64,000 nucleotides of DNA from assembly GCA_964636355.1 (NCBI GenBank), contig CAZWRG010000003.1:793-64792 (forward strand). The letters are read 5' to 3'. This DNA is from an uncultured Candidatus Saccharibacteria bacterium. GTDB lineage: Bacteria > Patescibacteriota > Saccharimonadia > Saccharimonadales > JAGQNK01. Shown piece by piece: positions 43,192 through 52,714 of the stretch; the stretch's first letter is position 1; each line of letters begins with the position of its first letter. The notes under the pieces were generated by a model. The model was not told the DNA's origin and made no database searches. It saw nothing but the letters and a program-made list of their open reading frames with translations. The translations under genes and the position numbers were made by a program.

Positions 43192-44490
43192 TTATTTGAT
43201 GATTTTTATAGCTGGTAGCTCGTCTAAACTAGTGGTGTAGCGGGGGCTGCGCAAGCGGTGTTTGGGTTGCCAGTTTTTAGCCAGATCTTCGGTGGCGTAA
43301 TGGATGGTTTGTTTGCCATGACGGTTGTTTAAGTGGTCAATAGCCTTGAGTAGTCTGGTGGTTTGGTGGTGGACGCTTAGGTCAAAATTGTTAAATATAT
43401 CTGTTTGAAGGTGATTTTGAGGCACAAAATCAGTCAGTATGACCCCGGCTCGATGGTAAGAGGCGTTGGGATTATGAATGGCTCTAAAGGCCTGAATTAG
43501 GTCGCTGATTAACCGCCCAGTATTGGCAGTTGGGTTTTGATAAATAATTTCCTTTTCCCATTTGGTGTAGCCCGGTTTATGGCGACTGGAAGTGATAAAA
43601 AAGCTTGCTCGTTTAGCCAGCTGGCCGCTTTGTCTCAGGCGAAAAGCAGCGGTTGATGCAAATGATGCCAAGGCTGATTCAATTACGTCTGGCTGATTGG
43701 TGTCTTCGCCGAAAGTTCTGGTTCGAGCGATGCTTTTGGGCTTTTGATGCTCCAGAGTCAGCTTATAGCAGGCTTCGCCGTTTAGTTCGGCTACCAGTTG
43801 GCGGCCGTGGATTCCGGCCAGTTGTTGAGCCCGCTTGGGGTTTAGGCAGGCAAGCTCATAGGCGTTCGCAATGCCCTCAGCGCGCATTTTGGGGGCCAAT
43901 CGCCAGCCAATTCCCCAGACATCACTAATGGGCGTAGCCTTTAGTTCTCTCTTTAAGATTTGCTTATCCAAGGCTGGACCCAGGCAAAATATGCCGCTAG
44001 AGGGTGATTTTTTGGCTCTAAAAACAGCTACTTTAGCCAGCGTTTTGGTTGGTGCGATGCCAATTGACACCGGAATCCCAGTCCATTTTAAAATCGCCTG
44101 TCTGACCATCTTTCCCCAGGCTTGATAGTCATCGATTTCAAGCTCTGATAAATCTAAAAAAGATTCATCTATTGAGTAAACTTCTAGTCGCGGTGTTATG
44201 GTAGCCAGGACATCGGTGATCCGCCGGGACATATCGCCGTAGAGTTCAAAATTAGCGCTGAACTGAATGATCTGATGTTGCTTGAACTGCCACTGATACT
44301 TAAATACTGGCGCGCCCATTGGAATTCCCAGCTGCTTAGCCTGATTGGAGCGGGCCACCACGCAGCCGTCATTACTGGACAGCACTACCACCGGTTTATC
44401 TTCCAGATCAGGCCGAAAGACTCTTTCGCAGGATACGAAGAAATTATTACAATCAATTAGCGCGAAAATTGGCGACTTCACTTTTTCCAC
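43192..44490 (-). CDS. umuC: Y-family translesion DNA polymerase, UmuC-like
   Basis: FALIDCNNFFVSCERVFRPDLEDKPVVVLSSNDGCVVARSNQAKQLGI closely parallels the UmuC N-terminus. Overlaps the umuD-like gene by 13 nt. Confidence 0.8.
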   Translation of the reverse strand: MEKVKSPIFALIDCNNFFVSCERVFRPDLEDKPVVVLSSNDGCVVARSNQAKQLGIPMGAPVFKYQWQFKQHQIIQFSANFELYGDMSRRITDVLATITPRLEVYSIDESFLDLSELEIDDYQAWGKMVRQAILKWTGIPVSIGIAPTKTLAKVAVFRAKKSPSSGIFCLGPALDKQILKRELKATPISDVWGIGWRLAPKMRAEGIANAYELACLNPKRAQQLAGIHGRQLVAELNGEACYKLTLEHQKPKSIARTRTFGEDTNQPDVIESALASFASTAAFRLRQSGQLAKRASFFITSSRHKPGYTKWEKEIIYQNPTANTGRLISDLIQAFRAIHNPNASYHRAGVILTDFVPQNHLQTDIFNNFDLSVHHQTTRLLKAIDHLNNRHGKQTIHYATEDLAKNWQPKHRLRSPRYTTSLDELPAIKIIK

Positions 44491-44819
44491 CTGTAGCGAT
44501 GAATAACACTGGTCACCACCCCCCAGACTTGAGTGCCGCTAGGAAGTTTGGTTTTAATAGACAGCCCAAAGCTATCCCCTGCCCACCAGGCCACTAAATC
44601 ATTATTGCCGGGGCTCAAAGAGCGGTCGATCAGCACAATATCGCCGCTGAATATTCCATTTTCACGCCAATCTTCGCCAGCTATTTTCATCATATAAGTG
44701 CTGACGCTGTTTTTAATTAGCAATTTATTAAGGTCAATAGTTTGCAGGCTTTTGTCAGTCGCGGCGTTTGGAAAACCGCTATGAACACTGACGCCCGAAG
44801 GAGTTTCATAAAGCATTAC
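44478..44819 (-). CDS. umuD: UmuD-like S24-fold protein lacking the nucleophile Ser (start moved to the GGAG-linked ATG)
   Basis: SGFPNAATD ... IDLNKLLI ... IAGEDW ... GDIVLID ... SIKTKL aligns with E. coli UmuD [10 protein letters not shown] ... ASGDSM ... GDLLIVD ... TVKKL. The listed ORF extends to 44975. Confidence 0.7.
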   Translation of the reverse strand, partial: VMLYETPSGVSVHSGFPNAATDKSLQTIDLNKLLIKNSVSTYMMKIAGEDWRENGIFSGDIVLIDRSLSPGNNDLVAWWAGDSFGLSIKTKLPSGTQVWGVVTSVIHRYRWKK

Positions 44820-44892
44820 AAATTCATCTCCGATTAGAGTTGGCTTAATTCGATGAGCTTGAGATTGGACAGTCTCATCCCCTGTCGAGCCA

Positions 44893-44908
44893 TTTGTGAA
44901 TTCACAAA
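44893..44908. promoter_or_regulatory. Perfect 16-bp palindrome upstream of the umuDC-like pair (candidate operator)
   Basis: TTTGTGAATTCACAAA, 74 nt upstream of the preferred umuD-like start. Confidence 0.45.
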
Positions 44909-45000
44909 AGACCAAAGATAGAATATGTAAGCTTGCGGGTAAAAAGGCGCCTTTTTGGGCGGCCAGTACCGGCACTGCTAAGATTAATTATAACGCTTTT

Positions 45001-45393
45001 TTAGGCGATTTGGCCAAGAAATTCGGCCATTTGGCGCGGGGTCAGCTCAGCCTTGACGACGTAGCCGTCGGCTTCGGCTTCAATGGCCGCCCGGTTTTCT
45101 TCGCTAAGCTCCAGATTGGTCGTGATGATAACTTTAGCCTTCAGGTCCGGCTTTTCTTTGCGGAGGCGTTTTAATATTTCGGTGCCGATCATATTTGGCA
45201 CCATAATATCGAGCAGAATAATATCAAATTCATCTGTCAGGGCTTTTTTGAGCCCCTCCTCGCCGTCCATAGCCACCGAGACCTGATAGCCGGCCTTACT
45301 CAGTGCCCGCTCGTACAGCTCATTTATAAAATGCTCGTCCTCTATACAAAGAACTTTTTTTCCATTTGGCTGGGAGTTATTTTGAGGATCCAT
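45001..45393 (-). CDS. Single-domain CheY-like response regulator (listed ORF starts at GTG 45465)
   Basis: KVLCIEDEH ... DIILLDIMVP ... KVIITTN ... ADGYVVKA canonical receiver. Confidence 0.8.
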   Translation of the reverse strand: MDPQNNSQPNGKKVLCIEDEHFINELYERALSKAGYQVSVAMDGEEGLKKALTDEFDIILLDIMVPNMIGTEILKRLRKEKPDLKAKVIITTNLELSEENRAAIEAEADGYVVKAELTPRQMAEFLGQIA

Positions 45394-45539
45394 TAGCTTA
45401 ATAATATCATGAAATGTTACTTGTGATTGTTTTGCGTGCCTGATCTTTTTGGCCTTAAGGAGCACTTTATAGGTAGTCTGCGGCTAGCCTGTGGCGTTTG
45501 CTGACCCCTTAAGGTCCAAAATTTAGGCATCCCCATATT

Positions 45540-47066
45540 CTAATGGCGGTACATAGAGTGGTTTTTGATCCAGCCATGAGCCTGACGGACTATTTCGCCG
45601 CTATCCTTCTTTTCATCGCTGAGCTGAGAATAAGGTTGGAGGGTGAAAGTAAAGCTGCTGCCTTCATCAACCTTCGACCTAACCCAGATGTTGCCGCCAT
45701 GAGCATTGACAATAGCTTTGGTAAGAAACAATCCCAGGCCAGTGCCGCCGATGTTATTTTTGGTTCGGTGATTACGGTAGAATTTTTCGAATAAATTGGG
45801 CAAGATGCCCTCTGGGATACCAACTCCAAAATCCTGAATCGTGGTTTCAACCATTCCCTCTTGGTTTACAGAGGCGCTGATAATAACTTCGTTGCTTTCG
45901 CCGCCGTATTTGAAGGCATTATCCAGTAAGTTGTTGACGACTTCTGAAATGCTAACGCTGTCTACGGCCACGGTTGGCAGGTCTTTGGCAATGTTGAATG
46001 AAATTGTCTTACCGAGCGCTTTAGCGCGGGTTTGCATGCTTTCAGTGGCTTTTAGGAGGGTTTTGCTCCAATCGGCTTCATTAAGATGCAGTGACAATTG
46101 ATTGCCCTCAACTTTCACGACATTTAAAACGGTTGAAACAAAGGCTGTTAACTGGTCGGCTGAAACCTTTAATTTGCGTAGATAACTCTGCAGATTTTCG
46201 TCTTGGACGCTGGCCAGTTCTTCTTCAAAGACTTCAATATAGCCGCGCAATATGGTTAAAGGCGTGCGCAGCTCATGAACCGCCAGAGCCACAAAGCCCA
46301 GGGTTTCATCATCTTGATTATATTGTTGGCTGTGGTCAAACAATGTCACAATAAACTCTGTGCCGCTAGTGTTATCGCGGTTGTAATAAGCAGCCAGGTC
46401 GCACTGTTTTACAGTTTTGCCATCTTTTAATCGAACCCGGACCCGTTGCCAATAAGCTCGGCTGGTTACTTTTTGGTCCTGACATTCGGCAATCCATGAT
46501 TTTAGGGTGTGCTCGCTTGGAAACTCCAAGTCAACACTTTCCAGCAGTTGCTGGCCAAACAATTCAGGGCTTTTTATATCCAAATAATCGAGTGCCGAGT
46601 TGCTGGCGTTGGTGACAATTAGATTTTTATTAAACACGAATAGCGGCAGCGGAAAATGATTAACAATATTGACAGCCTGAATCACCGATTCACGGTGAGA
46701 AGTCAGATCATTATCATCGCGTTGACTGGCAAACTGATAAACCCGATTAGCTAGCGAAGTTACTAGTTCGCGCCCAAAACTCAGCTCCTCCATATTGGGC
46801 GGCGGCACACTTTGATTGCCGGGCGTGACGTGCAAAATAGCCTGCCAAAGCTTATGAAATGGCCGCATGACTATTTTGCTGGCCAGCCGTGAAGCCAGAT
46901 GCGCCATGATCAGTGTCGCCAGTCCATCAGCAAAAGCGACCAAGATAAAATCATAACCCAGGTGTGTGCCTATTAGGAAAAAACACAGCGCAAAAACAAT
47001 TAAAACCGAGTGGATCAACATCAGGTGCCAGTAGGCTTTTCGTTCTAATCGTTGAAAATCATCCAC
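45540..47066 (-). CDS. Sensor histidine kinase
   Basis: Two N-terminal TMs, a PAS-like segment, H-box VHELRTPL, N box NLLDNAFKY, G1 DFGVGI, G2 GGTGLGL. Confidence 0.88.
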   Translation of the reverse strand: MDDFQRLERKAYWHLMLIHSVLIVFALCFFLIGTHLGYDFILVAFADGLATLIMAHLASRLASKIVMRPFHKLWQAILHVTPGNQSVPPPNMEELSFGRELVTSLANRVYQFASQRDDNDLTSHRESVIQAVNIVNHFPLPLFVFNKNLIVTNASNSALDYLDIKSPELFGQQLLESVDLEFPSEHTLKSWIAECQDQKVTSRAYWQRVRVRLKDGKTVKQCDLAAYYNRDNTSGTEFIVTLFDHSQQYNQDDETLGFVALAVHELRTPLTILRGYIEVFEEELASVQDENLQSYLRKLKVSADQLTAFVSTVLNVVKVEGNQLSLHLNEADWSKTLLKATESMQTRAKALGKTISFNIAKDLPTVAVDSVSISEVVNNLLDNAFKYGGESNEVIISASVNQEGMVETTIQDFGVGIPEGILPNLFEKFYRNHRTKNNIGGTGLGLFLTKAIVNAHGGNIWVRSKVDEGSSFTFTLQPYSQLSDEKKDSGEIVRQAHGWIKNHSMYRH

Positions 47067-47080
47067 CTTTTTGTGTCTTT

Positions 47081-48331
47081 CTATGGCTTATAGCTTACAG
47101 CGCCGTTACTACTTACTAATGATAACCAAGTTTGACCGGGATTAATACCAAGCGGCGAACCGTTTTTGTCACCGAATTTGAATTGGCTTTTGCGATTTTT
47201 TTTCTCCCAAATGCCCTTTGTGACCTTGCCATCCTGAAAAATATAGGCTGTGCCGCTGCCGGTTAGTTTATAAACCGAGTAGATTCCCGCATAGTGATGC
47301 GGCGTGACTATCGCGATCACCACTTTTGGAGCGATGCGTTTGCCGGTTTTTTCGTCTTTGTGTGGTTTGCCGGCTAAGCTTCTGGGGTAGGAATTGGTTT
47401 TAGGGTCGTAGTCAAAGCGCGGATTGTACAAGAAGCTGGAAATTGAAAAATTAATGGTTTTAGCAGTTGGCTTGCCTTTCGGTTTTTCTTCATTCTTTCT
47501 GACAAAACCAGTGTACTTACTTTTATTCCAGCCTTTGGCTTTCTGAAGCTGTAGCAGTTTTTGCCGACTGGTGTACAAATTATGCGGAGCATAACGATTT
47601 GTCACCCGTTGATAATAATTTGGGTTTTGAAAGGCTTCTAAGTCTTTGAATTTTTGGCTTCTCAGCTGAGCTAGCGCTTCGGCGCTGCCGCCAGCGTGAG
47701 CGATTGGTGCATCAAATGGTGCTAAAAAGTCCAGATAATACGGACGGACAGATCTAACCGGGCCAATGTGCGCCGGGCTGGATTCCTGATAAACCGCCAA
47801 AAAGCGAGTAATTCCGCCTTCAGCGATAGCTTCAAAAACCACGCCAGCCTGCTGCAGACCAGATTGCGGCCTGGCGTCGGGACTGTTTTCGATCATCACA
47901 GCTGTTGACGGCAATTCATTTAGCTTTGGTTCAATCTGAACGCCGGTAAGCCGAGAGGCTACGGTGGTGGGCGCTGGCGGCTCTTCCTCTTTTTGGATTA
48001 CTACTGGTTCTGGCGGTGGTGGCGATGGCCTAAGAATAAACCACCAAACTAGCCCGGAAATGGCAATTAAAATTCCAACCAGAGCGCTGATGACAACAAT
48101 TTTTTTGTTTCTATCGAGTTTTTTAAATGAATCAATTAAATGCTTGAGCCTTGATTTTTTTGCCTTATTTGGGTTGCTGTTTGGAAGTTCCGGAACTTTT
48201 ATGGCACCAGAATCATTGCCAATAAGCGTGGTTTGCGGCTGAGTTGGCGTTGGCAACTCGGAATTGGATTGGTCGTCTGTTTTGGGCATAAACGCCCGCC
48301 CCGGAGCCGGCGGCTCAAAATCATCTTTCAT
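47081..48331 (-). CDS. DUF3048-family membrane-anchored protein (YerB-like)
   Basis: One TM, a Pro-rich linker, then ENSPDARPQSGLQQAGVVFEAIAEGGITRFLAVY, typical of DUF3048. Confidence 0.7.
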   Translation of the reverse strand: MKDDFEPPAPGRAFMPKTDDQSNSELPTPTQPQTTLIGNDSGAIKVPELPNSNPNKAKKSRLKHLIDSFKKLDRNKKIVVISALVGILIAISGLVWWFILRPSPPPPEPVVIQKEEEPPAPTTVASRLTGVQIEPKLNELPSTAVMIENSPDARPQSGLQQAGVVFEAIAEGGITRFLAVYQESSPAHIGPVRSVRPYYLDFLAPFDAPIAHAGGSAEALAQLRSQKFKDLEAFQNPNYYQRVTNRYAPHNLYTSRQKLLQLQKAKGWNKSKYTGFVRKNEEKPKGKPTAKTINFSISSFLYNPRFDYDPKTNSYPRSLAGKPHKDEKTGKRIAPKVVIAIVTPHHYAGIYSVYKLTGSGTAYIFQDGKVTKGIWEKKNRKSQFKFGDKNGSPLGINPGQTWLSLVSSNGAVSYKP

Positions 48332-48368
48332 ATCTAAAATATTGTACCACGCCTAAAATACAGCTAAG

Positions 48369-49808
48369 CTATGTAGCTTGAATAAATTCTATGGTGGATT
48401 TCAGCCGGCGTAAGCTTAATTCTTTTCCGAGGACTTCGAGGGTTTCGGACAGGCCGGGGCTGGCTGGCGCCCAGGTTACAGCAATTCTGATGAGGCTAAA
48501 TAGTACAGCTGGCTTAGTGTGGGTGATGGTCAAAAGTGCGTTTAGGCGGGCGCTGAGGTCGGACTCAGAAAAGTCACTTTCGCTTAGGCTGCTTAAAGTG
48601 GTGCTTAAGAGTGCCAGCAGATCATCTTTGGATAATTTTTTAAGCTGTTTATGGTTTGCAATCAGCTCCGGATCAATCGGTAAATCGACAAAGAAAAATC
48701 TGGTTAAATCCGGCAGCTCAGCAAAGAATTTCAGCCTTTCCTGAACAAGCCTAAGGACCTGTTTTTTGTAATCATCGTCAAAATCCTTAGCTTCTTCTGG
48801 CCAATAATCGGCGGTCTTTTTATAAAGATCATCCAGATTTAAATCTCTTATAAAATGACCGTTGATCCAAAGCAATCGGCGCTGGTCAAAGTGAGCGCCG
48901 CTTCGCCCGACTCTATTTAGGCTGAATTTCTTGATTAGCTCATCTCTTGTAAAAATTTCTTGCGTGGTGCCGTCATTCCAGCCAAGAGTGGCGATAAAGC
49001 TCACTAACGCGTCGGGCAGAAAGCCGTCTTTTAGGTAGTCGAGCACATCTTTAGCGCCGTCGCGTTTGCCGAGTTTTTTGTTGCCTTGTTCGTTTAAAAT
49101 ATGCGGCATCGTGGCAAAAATGGGTTGATCAAGATTAAGAGCCTCATAAAGATTGAGATAATTTGGCTGGCTAGCGATAAATTCCTGACCGCGGATAACA
49201 TGGGTGATTTGCATTTCGGCATCATCAACGATGTGCGCAAAGTTATAAGTTGGATAACCGTCGGACTTAATGAGAATGAAGTCGTCGATGACCTCTGGTC
49301 CGGTTTTTAGCTGGCCCATCACCTCATCGTGCCACTGGTAGGCCTTGGGCTCAGACTTAAAGCGGAGTGGACGACTGCCATCCCACTCTGGAGTGTTGTC
49401 TGGACGGTAGTTGCGATACAAAAATGGTTTTTTGGCTTTCTGAGCTTGCTCACGGAAAGCCTGGACTTCCTCGGGGGTGTAGGGGTCGGCATAGGCACGA
49501 CCAGAATCAATTAATTTTTGAGCCCACTTTTTATAAATATCGAGCCGCTCTGACTGACGATACGGCCTAAAATCTCCCGGTTTATCCGGCCCCTCATCGT
49601 AATCAAGCCCTAAAGCCTTCAAGCTGTCCATCAAATGTTGAGCGGAGCCTTCGACTTCACGTTTTTGATCAGTATCCTCCAGCCGAAGCACAAATTTGCC
49701 CTTGTTTTGGCGGGCAACTAGCCAGGCAAAAAGCGCTGTTCTAATGCCGCCAACGTGCAAGAACCCAGTTGGGCTGGGAGCAAAACGTGTTCTAACCTCT
49801 TTAGTCAT
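48369..49808 (-). CDS. gltX: Glutamate--tRNA ligase
   Basis: RFAPSPTGFLHVGGIRTALF (HIGH-type) and KLGKRDG (KMSKS-type). TGATAAAAT extended -10 lies 7 nt before the ATG. Confidence 0.92.
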   Translation of the reverse strand: MTKEVRTRFAPSPTGFLHVGGIRTALFAWLVARQNKGKFVLRLEDTDQKREVEGSAQHLMDSLKALGLDYDEGPDKPGDFRPYRQSERLDIYKKWAQKLIDSGRAYADPYTPEEVQAFREQAQKAKKPFLYRNYRPDNTPEWDGSRPLRFKSEPKAYQWHDEVMGQLKTGPEVIDDFILIKSDGYPTYNFAHIVDDAEMQITHVIRGQEFIASQPNYLNLYEALNLDQPIFATMPHILNEQGNKKLGKRDGAKDVLDYLKDGFLPDALVSFIATLGWNDGTTQEIFTRDELIKKFSLNRVGRSGAHFDQRRLLWINGHFIRDLNLDDLYKKTADYWPEEAKDFDDDYKKQVLRLVQERLKFFAELPDLTRFFFVDLPIDPELIANHKQLKKLSKDDLLALLSTTLSSLSESDFSESDLSARLNALLTITHTKPAVLFSLIRIAVTWAPASPGLSETLEVLGKELSLRRLKSTIEFIQAT

Positions 49809-49863
49809 GGTTGATATTTTATCAAAACAGAGGTGAAATTGCGAATATCATAAATTACTCAAT

Positions 49864-49944
49864 CTTCCTGAGGTCAGACCTCAGGATGGGTTATTTTATG
49901 TTATAATTTTTTGCTTAATCAAAAAGGTATGAGGGATGAGGCTT
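49864..49944. repeat. Copy B of the ~80-nt repeated intergenic element
   Basis: The 22-nt block with hairpin CCTGAGGT-CAG-ACCTCAGG is identical to copy A. Roughly 70 percent similarity by eye over the rest. Confidence 0.7.
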
Positions 49945-50009
49945 GGGGGATGCGAGCTACCGAAGCTGGGCTTGAGAGCCGGTGCAAATTAGTCAATATT
50001 AAGATGCTT

Positions 50010-51071
50010 TTATAAGCTGGATGCTATGCGCAGTAATTGGTCACTGTTAAGAGCTGAATTCCCCTCAACTTGATACCAAATTCCGCCATCCACCCAGGTG
50101 GCGTTATTATCATAAATATAAATTGTTTTACCGTTGCTCTGGAAGGTTTGATAGGCGCGTTTGCCAACCGCCACATAGCTCTCGAGTAGGCTCTGGCTGT
50201 TTAGCTGAGAGGCATTTTGAGTGACGTTGAATGATCGACCGTCAGAGTTGGACTTAAAGCTTAAAACAATCTGCCCTGGCTGATATTTAATTGGTCCATC
50301 CATGTCAAAGCCGGCTGGTCGATATGCTGGAAAATTACCATTCACACCAGAACGAGTGGCCGCAATCCGCATGCTGAAATTTGGAACATTTTGATAAGCA
50401 ATAAATCCAGCCAGTAAAATAACAGCTAAACTGGCTGCGGCAGTATTTATAACTTTGGGGCTGACCCGAAGTTTCTTGGACAGTTTTTGGCGTCTGGTTG
50501 GCTTTTTGGCTGGAGCTTGTTTGTGGCTGGTAGCCGAATCAATGGCTTGCTGGAATCTATCAACAGCCGGCATCGCTAAATTACCAAGCTGATGGCCAAT
50601 AATTTCGGCCACCGGCTTTTTGGGCTCTGGCTTAACCGGCAAAGCAGCGGTTTTGGATTTAACTGGCTTGGGCGGCTGACTGGCTGGCGCCCCAAAACGA
50701 CTAATCAAGTTACTTTTGGATATGGCCTGGCTCTTTGATAAGCGCTTAGGGTCAACTGACAATCTGGGCGACGGTTTTTTCAGAACTACCGGAGCAGCCT
50801 TGGGCGCTGGCTTGGCGGCTGGTTTTTTGACCGTACTCCTCATCAGAGTCTTGGATCGTTCAGTTTTGGAATGAACTTTTCGGGCGGCTATCTCTTTAGA
50901 TCTGGTCCGGGCGGGAGTATTAGTGGCTTTTTTGACGAACCCATCAATCACCTTGCCACTGCTTTTAGCTGCTGGGGCGGTTTTTTTGGTTTGGTTGGCT
51001 GTTAATAGCTTTCCGGTTCGAGCATCATATCGTTTGCCGTTGAGCTCAATTGTATTGTGCTTATTTGCCAC
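50010..51071 (-). CDS. Membrane-anchored protein with Lys/Ala/Pro-rich N-terminal region
   Basis: KKPAAKPAPKAAP-type basic tract, one TM, and a ~130-aa C-terminal extracytoplasmic domain. Confidence 0.55.
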   Translation of the reverse strand: MANKHNTIELNGKRYDARTGKLLTANQTKKTAPAAKSSGKVIDGFVKKATNTPARTRSKEIAARKVHSKTERSKTLMRSTVKKPAAKPAPKAAPVVLKKPSPRLSVDPKRLSKSQAISKSNLISRFGAPASQPPKPVKSKTAALPVKPEPKKPVAEIIGHQLGNLAMPAVDRFQQAIDSATSHKQAPAKKPTRRQKLSKKLRVSPKVINTAAASLAVILLAGFIAYQNVPNFSMRIAATRSGVNGNFPAYRPAGFDMDGPIKYQPGQIVLSFKSNSDGRSFNVTQNASQLNSQSLLESYVAVGKRAYQTFQSNGKTIYIYDNNATWVDGGIWYQVEGNSALNSDQLLRIASSL

Positions 51072-51230
51072 TACTTTTTATACCCTCAAATGTCTAAGCT
51101 AAAGCTGCTAATGTAATTTATATTAATCCTTGTTGCCTCAAATCGCAACCATGCGGTAACTGTGATTATACAGGTTTTATGAATTATATTTTAGTAGTAT
51201 ATAAAATTCGCTATACTAGATAATCAGCAT

Positions 51231-52712
51231 ATGGACTTCCTGGACCCCAAAAAGAAACGAGCTCACAAAATTCGACTATATGTCGGATATTTTTTGATGG
51301 CCATTGCGCTGAGCATCGGGTCTTTTATTTTACTGATGGAGGCTTATGGCTACGATGTTAATCGCAAAACTGGCGATGTTATCCAAAACGGGATGTTGTT
51401 TGTCGATGCTCATCCAGAACAAGCCGAGATTTATTTAAACGGACGGCGCGAAGGCAGCACGCGTTCGCGGCTGGTGTTGCCTAGCGGCGATTATCATCTG
51501 GAACTTAGGCGCAAAGGCTACAAATCCTGGAGCCGGCAGTTTAAACTGGGCGGCAGCAAGATTGAACGCATGGATTACGCATTTTTGGTACCAGAAGAAC
51601 TATCTTCTACCGACATTCAGCTTTATAGCACTAATCCGCCATTCGCCACCCAAAGCCCGGATCGTAAATGGCTGCTGATTCAAAGACCAACTGCTTTTGA
51701 AGAATTCGACGTGGTTGATTTAAGCACCGAGGGCCAGGATATAGCTGAACTTAAACTGCCCGCCGGGCTATTTTCATCGACCAAAGGTCGCCGCAGTCTG
51801 GAGTTGGTGGAGTGGTCAACCAACAACCGGCATGTGCTGATTAAGCACAATTTTAGTGGCGGGTTTGAGTTTTTGATGATTGACCGCGAGCGACCCTCAG
51901 ACAGCCTGAACCTTAATAAGACCTTTAATATGAATCTCACCCAGGCGGCTTTAAGGGATAAAAAGTTTGATAAGCTGCACCTTCTGGAGGCTAAAACCGA
52001 GGCTTTATATTTTGGTGATAGTAAAGCCGGTTCTAAGGAAGTTATTCTAAACAAAGTAAAAGCTTTCAAGTCCTACGGCACCGATGCGATTATCTATGTC
52101 ACCACTAATAACGTCGCTAAAAATAAGGCTGAGGCTAGAATCAGACGCGATTCTAACGATTATAGGATTCGCGAGCTTAATATTGATCAAAAGTTTTTAG
52201 TTGATATTACTCGCTATGATGACCACTGGTACATGGGCGTTTCCGGGGCCAATGACAAACGAACTTACGTTTATAAAGACGTTTTTGATACTGTTGAGCG
52301 CAGCGATCGACCGCTACTGCCAGCGCCGGTGGCAGTGCTAAGGCTTGATGGCAACGTGCAAAATATATCATTTTCGGCGAACACTCGTTTTTTGGGTACT
52401 CAATCGGGTGGTGAGTTTGCGGTTTACGATGCTGAGCACGACGAACAATATCGCTTCAAGACCAGGCTGAAGCTCGACAGTTCAACAAATGCGCTTTGGA
52501 TGGATGGGCATCGTTACATGGTGGTCAGTGACGGCAAGGCTGTAATTTTTGATTACGATGGGCTGAATCTTCGTGAATTGGCTGCAGCTAACCCGGGGCA
52601 AATATTCTTTGATCGAGACTATGATTTTCTCTATTCGATTGGTAAATCCAACACCGTAAATGGTCGGGCGGCACTAGCGCAGACTTCAATGCGAACACCA
52701 GAAGACCAGTAA
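51231..52712 (+). CDS. PEGA-domain membrane-anchored protein with beta-rich C-terminal domain
   Basis: N-terminal TM, then AEIYLNGRREGSTRSRLVLPSGDYHLELRRKGYKSW (PEGA pattern). Confidence 0.6.
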   Translation: MDFLDPKKKRAHKIRLYVGYFLMAIALSIGSFILLMEAYGYDVNRKTGDVIQNGMLFVDAHPEQAEIYLNGRREGSTRSRLVLPSGDYHLELRRKGYKSWSRQFKLGGSKIERMDYAFLVPEELSSTDIQLYSTNPPFATQSPDRKWLLIQRPTAFEEFDVVDLSTEGQDIAELKLPAGLFSSTKGRRSLELVEWSTNNRHVLIKHNFSGGFEFLMIDRERPSDSLNLNKTFNMNLTQAALRDKKFDKLHLLEAKTEALYFGDSKAGSKEVILNKVKAFKSYGTDAIIYVTTNNVAKNKAEARIRRDSNDYRIRELNIDQKFLVDITRYDDHWYMGVSGANDKRTYVYKDVFDTVERSDRPLLPAPVAVLRLDGNVQNISFSANTRFLGTQSGGEFAVYDAEHDEQYRFKTRLKLDSSTNALWMDGHRYMVVSDGKAVIFDYDGLNLRELAAANPGQIFFDRDYDFLYSIGKSNTVNGRAALAQTSMRTPEDQ

Positions 52713-52714
52713 TT

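Noticed and set aside
44941-44956. AAAAAGGCGCCTTTTT palindrome as a terminator for the response-regulator gene
   Set aside because: The G+C core is only 6 nt with no room for a loop, so a stable hairpin is doubtful. It may still contribute to termination, but I do not list it as a feature.
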